DNA of 52,616 nucleotides from a virus (Duplodnaviria; Caudoviricetes): IMG/VR virus record IMGVR_UViG_3300048433_000716, positions 1 to 52,616 of that record; one strand, 5' to 3'. Shown piece by piece: positions 45,486 to 52,616 of this stretch (position 1 is its first letter; each line of letters starts with the position of its first letter). The notes under the pieces were generated by a model. It saw only the letters and a program-made list of their open reading frames with translations, ran no database searches and was not told where the DNA came from. The position numbers and the translations under genes were made by a program.

Positions 45486-45620
45486 TTATGCCTTCTTTGA
45501 TTTAGACTTCTTTTTCTTTAACATAGCTAGTTTTTTAAAATCAGCCCCAGTCAACTTGTTCTTTGGCTTTGCCATGTTAGCAATCTTTTTTTGTTTTGAT
45601 GAATATACTTTTCCTGGCAT
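45486..45620 (-). CDS. Lys-rich 44-aa protein (not in ORF track)
   Basis: MPGKVYSSKQKKIANMAKPKNKLTGADFKKLAMLKKKKSKSKKA; fills the gap exactly. Confidence 0.7.
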   Translation of the reverse strand: MPGKVYSSKQKKIANMAKPKNKLTGADFKKLAMLKKKKSKSKKA

Positions 45621-45622
45621 GA

Positions 45623-45907
45623 TTACATTCCTATCTTTGGTGAGCCATGACCAAGTATCTCATCCATGACGCCTCGCATATCGCCACTATCTACTTTCAT
45701 GACTTTGACCTTAACGTCTCCATCCATCTCTTCGTAATTTTCTTCCTCTTCTTCGTCTGGAAGTATCATACCTTGATAGCATAACAACAGAAAGTTAACT
45801 AACTGATCATCAGATAGCTCTAAACCTGGTGCATTATGAGGAAAACCCATCTTTTCCATGAAAAGTTCAGCGTTCTCTTCCATGTTCTCTATGTTGATAT
45901 CAGCCAT
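45623..45907 (-). CDS. Acidic Met-rich protein
   Basis: 94 aa, AGGAG RBS. Confidence 0.72.
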   Translation of the reverse strand: MADINIENMEENAELFMEKMGFPHNAPGLELSDDQLVNFLLLCYQGMILPDEEEEENYEEMDGDVKVKVMKVDSGDMRGVMDEILGHGSPKIGM

Positions 45908-47024
45908 ATTTTTCTCCTATAAGTTGCTTGATATTAGATACAAAACCCAAAGCGTAACAAATCCCTTCGCCCACTTTACTTATTACCTTAACTACCTTGC
46001 TCTTCTTGCCATATCTTCCCTTGGACAAGTCATAAGCCATTTGTTTAGCCCAAGCTAAAGCTAAAGGCTTGGTAATTTTGTAGACTATTCCTTTGTCTCT
46101 CATTTTTGTAGCTACATATTCTCCCCATACACAATAACCTTTATACACCAATGGGTCTACACGTTTTCCATATATCTGATCATATTTGTAGATATATTTT
46201 TTCATATCACCCATTTCATAAAGAGCAGTGCATATGTATGTAGATGAATCAGAAGAAGAAGCTGCGTCATCGCTGAATGTGTTTGATAAATCTTTGCCAC
46301 TAGTTGTGTCTGTTACAGAAGTCTCTGCCCCAGTCTGAGAACTTTGGCTAGGGTCTACCCCTTCTGACCTACCAAATCCTAAACCTATGCCCTTACTGCC
46401 AGTGTACCCAGATCCAGTTGCACCACCTAAGTCTCCAGTAGCACCAACACCACTTCCTATCCCACTTGAAATATTATCTACTTGTTGCTGAGTATATATG
46501 CTAGGTGTCGTTGTTCTAGCCTCATATCCTCCAAGCACACCACCACTTGGGTCAATCTTTCCTAGATTGGTAACACCAACTGTTCCCTTTGTATAGCCAC
46601 TCATTGGGTTTAACCCCACATTATATGATGTTAGCTTGCCTTGATTCATGCCAAAGTTTTGTGCCTCTCTTTTCGACACCACGCCATCTTTATTAACATC
46701 TGCCATACTTCTTGCAGTATCTAATGATGGGTCTGTAACCATGCCAGTTACTGTATCTACAAAACCTCTGTTCTGACCAAGTGCAGACTGAGCTGCTTTT
46801 TCTGCATTATAGCTTGTAATACCCTGAGCTACAGTTCCTAATGCACTTATTGCAGGATTGCCAGTTAATCCCAAGCCATATCCTAATGCTGAACCTTTGC
46901 TTACGCCAATCCCTCCCAAGTTCAATCCACTAGGATTAGTCATCTCAAAGCCTCGTGACAAGTCTCCATATTGACCTTGAGTTAATGAACCTAGTGCACC
47001 TAAGTTTTGATTGGCTCTTGCCAT
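45900..47024 (-). CDS. Gly/Ser-rich putative virion protein with C-terminal IC[N/T] domain
   Basis: Low-complexity body, Ser linker, then YICTALY domain. Confidence 0.75.
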   Translation of the reverse strand: MARANQNLGALGSLTQGQYGDLSRGFEMTNPSGLNLGGIGVSKGSALGYGLGLTGNPAISALGTVAQGITSYNAEKAAQSALGQNRGFVDTVTGMVTDPSLDTARSMADVNKDGVVSKREAQNFGMNQGKLTSYNVGLNPMSGYTKGTVGVTNLGKIDPSGGVLGGYEARTTTPSIYTQQQVDNISSGIGSGVGATGDLGGATGSGYTGSKGIGLGFGRSEGVDPSQSSQTGAETSVTDTTSGKDLSNTFSDDAASSSDSSTYICTALYEMGDMKKYIYKYDQIYGKRVDPLVYKGYCVWGEYVATKMRDKGIVYKITKPLALAWAKQMAYDLSKGRYGKKSKVVKVISKVGEGICYALGFVSNIKQLIGEKYG

Positions 47025-47513
47025 TTATCTGACCATGCCCTCAGCGAAAGGATCGATACCTCTTCTTAGCATATCCATCTGCTCTCTTGACATGCCACTT
47101 GCATCAAAAGGTCTTTGTGGTGGTGCTTGAGGTGGCATCTGAGGTAAAGCCCCTAACTGTTGTGGCATTTGTTGACCACCCATTGTCTGAGGTCTTGGCA
47201 TAGGAGCTTGCATTTGTTGCCCACCAAACTCTTCTGGTCTTACTGTGCCCATTGATCGTTCTCTAACAACTGCTTCAATAGCATCTTGCTCATTTAATCC
47301 CATGTCCATAAGTAAACGTACTTTGTCTATGTCTGTCATATCTCGTTGTGGCATCATGCTATCCATACCCATATCCATATTTGATGGTATGTTTTCTCTA
47401 GCCATTTGACTCATCTCGCTTTCACGAACAACGCTTCTTGGGTCTAACATTTGATTTATTTCGCCTTCTCTCATAACAGCTCTAGGGTCTGTCATTCTGT
47501 TGTCTTGCGGCAT
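47025..47513 (-). CDS. Met/Gln/Pro-rich disordered protein
   Basis: 162 aa, DPR.V.RE.E repeat, directly after portal. Confidence 0.7.
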   Translation of the reverse strand: MPQDNRMTDPRAVMREGEINQMLDPRSVVRESEMSQMARENIPSNMDMGMDSMMPQRDMTDIDKVRLLMDMGLNEQDAIEAVVRERSMGTVRPEEFGGQQMQAPMPRPQTMGGQQMPQQLGALPQMPPQAPPQRPFDASGMSREQMDMLRRGIDPFAEGMVR

Positions 47514-49947
47514 CCTTTATAATCTCCTTTTGTATTTCAGCTTGGTTTTTCTCACGCTCCATCTGCAGTTCAAGTTCCAACTTGGCTACTTTGGCTTGTA
47601 AGTCTGCTTGTAGCTTGGCTTGCTCTATCTGCAAATCTTGTTTCGCTTCTGCTTCGTTAATTGCTAGTTTCTGTTGTGCTTTAGCTTGGTCAGCTTGTAT
47701 CTGCACTTGTGTTCTAGCTTTCAATGCTTCAGCTTCTAATTTTGCTAATTCTTGTGCATATTGTAATGGGTTTTGTTTCTGTTGCTGTTGTTGCATCATT
47801 TTAGCTAATGGTGCGATTGCTTCCATCTGAGGTGCTTTTGCTACAACTTCTGCTGCTCTTTCGCTTATAATCCTATCCATTTGTGGGTTAATGTCTTCGA
47901 ACTTGAACTTAGGGTCACGAAGCTCTGGCAAGGTTGGAAGGGATACGCCAATACTCGCTTGCATCTTTTGTCTGTATAACAGAGCAATGTGTTCAGCTAT
48001 ATGGGCTATCATGATTGGTTGCATAGCCGCAGCACCTGGATTACCAGCTAAAGATGGGTCTTGTAAAAACTGAAGGTGAACTGCAATGTGTGCTTCATGA
48101 TCTTGATCTGGAAAGGCTCTTATGGCTTTGCCATACATCAAGGCAGTATTTTCAGTTATTGGGTCTAACCTTGATGCATCGTCTGGCTTTTTTAGTATTT
48201 CGTCTATGTTGTTAATACGAATAGCTTCGAGCATTCTTTTGTTAGCTTCATACTGATCGTATAATTGTGGACTAGCAGTAGACATCTGAAGAACTGCTTG
48301 AGCTTGGGCAATTCTCTGTGCAGTACTAAATATGTTAGGGTCACTAACTGGTATTATATCTATTCTTTCGTCAAAGTCTTTTGCAAATATAGTTTCGCTT
48401 ATACCACCCATAGCAAAGGTAAAGCTCTCTGGCAGATATTCTGCATTAAGCTTCGCCAACATCTTGAACTCTTGACCTTGTGAATAATGTAGTCTTTTGT
48501 GTATGGCACTAAAGGCTTTACTACCTTGCTCAATCAGTGCAACTGTTGAACCCACGGGAGCGTTTGGGTTAACATCGCCAACATTAAGGTCTGCAGTACT
48601 AGCAAACCTTCTTCCAGCATCAGCGATAGCGTTCATAAGATTGAACAAGGTGCTTGAAGGCTCTTTAAATGGTAAAGGCATAATAGCTTTGTTTACATCA
48701 TCAACAGTGGCATCTAAATCTGCAAACTCACCAGGGTTTATCTGCATTTCTCCACCAGTCACTCTACCTTTGAGCTTAAATCCACCTTGCATGTTAGCGA
48801 AAGCTGCTGAATCTAATAATGCTCTTAGTGATCCAGTAGCCGCTTTACCTAGCCCACCTATCATGTGATACAAGCCAAAACCATAGAACCCAGTACCAGG
48901 CAAGAACTTATAACTTACAAACCAGTCTCTTCTTTTCTGTCTAGGGTCTTCTTCTCTCCAATTACGCCTTATGCTAACTATCTTTTCTGCATCGTAATCA
49001 ATTGTAATTACATAAGGTAACGCAACCATATTATCATCATCTTCTTCTTCGATAGTGTCTATGCCATCGAATGTTTGGTAAGCGTGTACCTCTAGAAGCG
49101 TCATAACCTCATCTTCACTATCACCATATGGGTCAACGCCCTCTATCTCACTACCTACGTCTCCACTAGGGTCTATGTCTTCCCCACTATACTTACTTGG
49201 TAAATAAAACCCAGCCTTAACATATTTGTTAAAGTCATTCTTAGGCATACGAATAACGTGAGTGTATCTGCTTGATGTGTATAGGTCTTTACTCTCTGGA
49301 GAAACTACAAAGTCTTCTGCCTTTACAAATTGTGAGCATTGCCTATCTAGGTTAGCATCCCACCAAACTTTTTTGAAAGTGTGACCAATTAGAGGTAATT
49401 GAAATAACATTTGGTCTAAATCAGGGAAGTACTCTGGCATATCTTGAGTGATCTGATAGTTCATAAAGTCTTTTACTCTACGAGCTTGCTCTTCCATCTC
49501 TTCGCTTGGGTCGCCAACTATTATTGTTTTAACTGGCCCGCCACTTGGATATAATTCTGCTATTGCTCTTGCATTAAATTGTGTAGCTGCTTCAGCTATC
49601 ATAGGATGAACTACATTGCTTAAACCTCTTGTAGCCCTTTGGTCTTCCTCTTCTTCTTGACCACCATGAACATCAAGAGTTTCTAACCCTTGCTTATATC
49701 TGTCTTCCCATTCTGATCTTGCTTCTTTGTCTGCTTCATAACTTGTGATTAATTGGCTTGCTACTGCATTTAGTTCTTTGGCGTCTATTTGTTCTGCAAG
49801 GTTCTGATCAAAAGATGTATCATCTTGCTCAACAATGTCTAAAGATGGGTCGCCTACTAAGACCTCATCATTGCCAATATCTTCTATTTGAAACTCATCT
49901 GAAGGCATACCTTCTGCAAAAGGAATTACTTGAGGTTCTCTAGCCAT
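47482..49947 (-). CDS. Portal protein
   Basis: 821 aa; HPMIAEA, MNYQI, FKKVWWD, FYGFGL motifs; Q-rich coiled-coil C-terminus; follows TerL. Confidence 0.9.
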   Translation of the reverse strand: MAREPQVIPFAEGMPSDEFQIEDIGNDEVLVGDPSLDIVEQDDTSFDQNLAEQIDAKELNAVASQLITSYEADKEARSEWEDRYKQGLETLDVHGGQEEEEDQRATRGLSNVVHPMIAEAATQFNARAIAELYPSGGPVKTIIVGDPSEEMEEQARRVKDFMNYQITQDMPEYFPDLDQMLFQLPLIGHTFKKVWWDANLDRQCSQFVKAEDFVVSPESKDLYTSSRYTHVIRMPKNDFNKYVKAGFYLPSKYSGEDIDPSGDVGSEIEGVDPYGDSEDEVMTLLEVHAYQTFDGIDTIEEEDDDNMVALPYVITIDYDAEKIVSIRRNWREEDPRQKRRDWFVSYKFLPGTGFYGFGLYHMIGGLGKAATGSLRALLDSAAFANMQGGFKLKGRVTGGEMQINPGEFADLDATVDDVNKAIMPLPFKEPSSTLFNLMNAIADAGRRFASTADLNVGDVNPNAPVGSTVALIEQGSKAFSAIHKRLHYSQGQEFKMLAKLNAEYLPESFTFAMGGISETIFAKDFDERIDIIPVSDPNIFSTAQRIAQAQAVLQMSTASPQLYDQYEANKRMLEAIRINNIDEILKKPDDASRLDPITENTALMYGKAIRAFPDQDHEAHIAVHLQFLQDPSLAGNPGAAAMQPIMIAHIAEHIALLYRQKMQASIGVSLPTLPELRDPKFKFEDINPQMDRIISERAAEVVAKAPQMEAIAPLAKMMQQQQQKQNPLQYAQELAKLEAEALKARTQVQIQADQAKAQQKLAINEAEAKQDLQIEQAKLQADLQAKVAKLELELQMEREKNQAEIQKEIIKDAARQQNDRP

Positions 49948-51445
49948 ATATTGTCATCCTTCTCTCTTGAACTTCATCTTCTTCATCATAATCTGTAGAA
50001 TGAGTGATGAACCAACCTTTTCTTAATCTTAGCCAAGCCTGTGTACAAGTGTCAACTATATCATCATTATCACCCGCAGGGAAGGCTGAACATATATCAA
50101 TTAAGTTTTTAGCCCATTTTTTACCTTGTGGATAGAATATTCTTCCATCTTCGAGCAATGCAGAACTACTATGTGCCCTAGCAATCTTGTCTCTATCTGG
50201 TGAATAAGCTAATACTGGTATGCCACCCATCCTTAAATCTTGTAGTAAACTTTGTCCACTAGCTTTCTTTTCTATCAACACTGTATCTGGCTGCCAGTCA
50301 TCATATGCTTCTTGAGCAAGCTTTCTTAACTCTGGGTAAGTTACCTTGTCATACCACATTTCTACAACTATGGCGTTTACTTGTCCATTTTGCCTAAAGA
50401 TGCCCCACGTTGTTCTTGCACTGTAACTACTTGTTTCTTTCGTGCTGAACGCAGTATCGTAGCTTTGAACCAAGTATTCAATCTCTGGAAGATCATCTTT
50501 TTCCCAGGGTACCCACCATTCAGCTTTGAGGATACCACCTCCTTTGGGCATTGGTCTCTGTTGCAATTGACCAGCACTAGCGTATGAACCCAAACTTTTT
50601 TCCAAATTATCAAGAGTTTTTTCGTCAATCCTCTTCTCCCACAACAACTCCCCTTCTCTAGTTCTTGGGTCGCTAAAGCCAAGCGTTGATCTAGTTGGCG
50701 TTGGGTGACCAATTTCGTATCTTGCAGGTAAACATAAATGATCCCAATCATTGTACTCATTCGCTAATATGTGTCCAGTAAGGTCATTTTCATGAACCCT
50801 CTGCATAATTATAATAAATGCTCCAGTTCGTGGGTCATTCAGTCTAGTTTGCATAGCCTGATCCCACCATTCTAAAACGCCTTCTCTAACTGCTGATGAT
50901 TCAGCCTCTCTTACGTTGTGAGGATCATCAATGACAATTATGTCACCACCTTCACCAGTTAGTGCCCCATCTACTGAGGTCGCTATCCTCTGACCAGTTT
51001 TATCATTCTCAAATCTTTGCTTTTGATTTTGGTCAGTAGTTAATGAGAATATATCACCAAAGTGGCTTTTGTACCAAGGGCTTTCAATTAATCTTCTGCA
51101 TTTAACACTATCTCTGATAGATAATGACCCAGCATAACTAGCAAATAAAAATCTTTTTGATGGTTGTACAGTCCAAGTCCAAGCTGGTAATGCTACTGCT
51201 ACACTGATTGATTTCATGTGTCTTGGAGGTATGTTAATAATAAGTCTTTTAATGTCGCCTTCTACGACTGCTTGTAGGTGTTCTGATATAGCGTCTATGT
51301 GCCAATTATCATAAAACTCTCTGCCAGGTTCAATCGCTTGCCAAGAGTTTTTTGTGAACTCCTTCAATGACCTCTTCATTTCCTCCTTCTCTGCTAGTAG
51401 ATATAGCTCTGGCAAGGACTCTTTTAAGGTTTCTAAGTTCATCAT
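49940..51445 (-). CDS. terL: Terminase large subunit
   Basis: IPPRHMKS, IVIDDP, IIMQR, SYDTA, DDIVD motifs. Confidence 0.95.
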   Translation of the reverse strand: MMNLETLKESLPELYLLAEKEEMKRSLKEFTKNSWQAIEPGREFYDNWHIDAISEHLQAVVEGDIKRLIINIPPRHMKSISVAVALPAWTWTVQPSKRFLFASYAGSLSIRDSVKCRRLIESPWYKSHFGDIFSLTTDQNQKQRFENDKTGQRIATSVDGALTGEGGDIIVIDDPHNVREAESSAVREGVLEWWDQAMQTRLNDPRTGAFIIIMQRVHENDLTGHILANEYNDWDHLCLPARYEIGHPTPTRSTLGFSDPRTREGELLWEKRIDEKTLDNLEKSLGSYASAGQLQQRPMPKGGGILKAEWWVPWEKDDLPEIEYLVQSYDTAFSTKETSSYSARTTWGIFRQNGQVNAIVVEMWYDKVTYPELRKLAQEAYDDWQPDTVLIEKKASGQSLLQDLRMGGIPVLAYSPDRDKIARAHSSSALLEDGRIFYPQGKKWAKNLIDICSAFPAGDNDDIVDTCTQAWLRLRKGWFITHSTDYDEEDEVQERRMTIYG

Positions 51446-51818
51446 CTGATATCCTACTTAAATCTATAGTTTGCCTTTTCTCTATTACTGTTTCTTTCTC
51501 TATCTTATCTTGCCATCCTGCTCTGTTCTTTAGGTAAAAGATCATTGCAGTATTATCTCCTTCTAGAGCCTTTTCATAAAGCCTATTTGTTATAGTCTGT
51601 ATGCCTTTACCCTTTCCTCTTTTTATAGCTTCTGCAAACTCTGTAAATTCATTCTGCTTTTCGTATAGAGTAGATAATCCTATACCTAACGCCATAGCTA
51701 TTTGTTCTTGTGTTAATCCTTGTGCTGCATAGGCTTCAGCCTTATCACACATTTCTTTTGTAACTACAAATTTAGGTCTGCCTACCTTACTGTTTTTCTT
51801 AACTATCTTTTTAGCCAT
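51330..51818 (-). CDS. terS: Terminase small subunit
   Basis: GRPK, HTH, AMIFYLKNRAGWQD; upstream of TerL. Confidence 0.85.
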   Translation of the reverse strand: MAKKIVKKNSKVGRPKFVVTKEMCDKAEAYAAQGLTQEQIAMALGIGLSTLYEKQNEFTEFAEAIKRGKGKGIQTITNRLYEKALEGDNTAMIFYLKNRAGWQDKIEKETVIEKRQTIDLSRISDDELRNLKRVLARAISTSREGGNEEVIEGVHKKLLASD

Positions 51819-52006
51819 TATAAACTCATTTCAAATTGTTCATCTTCATTCAAAATTATATCTACATTTTTTTCAAAGCCTACTTTTTCATTAGCTCTTA
51901 GCCTTTTGTATAGTTTTAAATCAGTATTCTTTATATGCATCATAGCATCTTCATATTTTTTATCTAATATTTTTTGCTCGTCTTCAGTTATGTCGCTCTG
52001 TAACAT
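51818..52006 (-). CDS. Hypothetical protein upstream of TerS (allele 2)
   Basis: Near-identical to 26-214. Confidence 0.75.
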   Translation of the reverse strand: MLQSDITEDEQKILDKKYEDAMMHIKNTDLKLYKRLRANEKVGFEKNVDIILNEDEQFEMSL

Positions 52007-52151
52007 CTGTAACCTTCCTTGGTAAATATACCTCTACATATGTATTACACTTAGGACATGATAGATTTGTAACAATACTAAACTCCTCATCATCCTCAGT
52101 GTCATGGTCACCACCCCATATCAAACTTGTTTCACACCACCAACAATTCAT
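51984..52151 (-). CDS. Zinc-ribbon protein (allele 2, 55 aa)
   Basis: MNCWWCETSLIWGGDHD...LSCPKCNTYVEVYLP. Confidence 0.75.
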   Translation of the reverse strand: MNCWWCETSLIWGGDHDTEDDEEFSIVTNLSCPKCNTYVEVYLPRKVTDVTERHN

Positions 52152-52152
52152 T

Positions 52153-52335
52153 TTAATTCACCAACATTGTTTTATATTTTACGCCCAATAAATGCTCATG
52201 TAGCTTCATAGCCAAAGCATGTATATACAAAGCTCTTTCATCTACTGTTAAAAAGTGTGTGTCTTGCTCTACTTGGTCTATTATATCATCAACCATTTCA
52301 TGAACATACATTTCCATCTCATTGCTCGTATTCAT
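52153..52335 (-). CDS. Hypothetical protein present only in the right copy
   Basis: Open frame across the indel; start at 52335 or 52317. Confidence 0.6.
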   Translation of the reverse strand: MNTSNEMEMYVHEMVDDIIDQVEQDTHFLTVDERALYIHALAMKLHEHLLGVKYKTMLVN

Positions 52336-52616
52336 ATTCACTGACCTCTTCGTAAATCTTTTTCTCATTACTGAACGAAAAGAATGCTTGCCCTATGTGA
52401 CCATAGATACCTTGCTCTCTAATCTTCCTAGTAATTATCTTAGTCGTATTATCCTCAAAGTCTCTATGAACTACTAAAGCAGCATCACTCATGTTTGCCC
52501 AATGTGCAGAACCACTAACTTGATATAAGTCTGGTGGAGGAACTACTCCACTATCATTCCGCTGCAGCTTGTGAGGGTGAGCTACCATCCAAACCACTAT
52601 TTGATGGTTTCTAGCA
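52319..52616 (-). CDS. Primase-helicase C-terminus (allele 2, truncated by window edge)
   Basis: Nearly identical protein to the C-terminus of 375-2144, mostly synonymous changes. Confidence 0.9.
   Translation of the reverse strand, partial: ARNHQIVVWMVAHPHKLQRNDSGVVPPPDLYQVSGSAHWANMSDAALVVHRDFEDNTTKIITRKIREQGIYGHIGQAFFSFSNEKKIYEEVSEYEYEQ

Larger units (their letters stand above)
51793..52616. repeat. Right copy of imperfect terminal redundancy
   Basis: Aligns with 1-669 plus an extra gene at about 52152-52325. Confidence 0.95.

Noticed and set aside
47582-50760. Short ORFs inside the portal and terminase genes
   Set aside because: Shadow or alternate-frame ORFs without motifs or RBS.
1-52616. 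Alternative genetic code, integrase/att site, tRNA genes
   Set aside because: Standard code gives dense full-length genes using all three stops; no recombinase motifs or cloverleafs were seen in the few intergenic gaps.

Overview
The window is an essentially complete, circularly permuted genome of an AT-rich tailed phage, about 51.8 kb per unit. Bases 1-669 recur as a diverged allele at 51793-52616. The gene content is podovirus-like and resembles marine alphaproteobacterial phages (inference). Layout: (i) a leftward Cro-like HTH, DUF1064, HTH replication initiator and T7 gp4/Twinkle-type primase-helicase operon; (ii) a rightward early region with a PD-(D/E)XK exonuclease, ERF, an SSB-like protein, repeated promoter cassettes, DUF932 and an ABC-ATPase-GNAT/GNAT pair; (iii) a long minus-strand morphogenesis region with TerS, TerL, portal, a cluster of putative virion cargo genes, SleB, GroES, scaffold, Mu gpT-like major capsid protein, tail and fibre genes, three 2OG-Fe(II) oxygenases, lysis genes and ejection proteins. 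An early-type island at 37.7-39.5 kb interrupts region (iii). I recognised no DNA or RNA polymerase, integrase, CI repressor, tRNA or CRISPR array. Most notable: a hydrophobic-G-A-L-[P/G/S] motif shared by putative packaged proteins (possible capsid-targeting code); a signal-peptide-less beta-barrel-like protein and an ADP-ribosyltransferase in that cluster; a twice-used C-terminal IC[N/T] domain; a two-hairpin anti-Shine-Dalgarno sRNA candidate complementary to the initiator RBS; and a hammerhead-like leader RNA. All family assignments come from reading motifs by eye, with no database searches.
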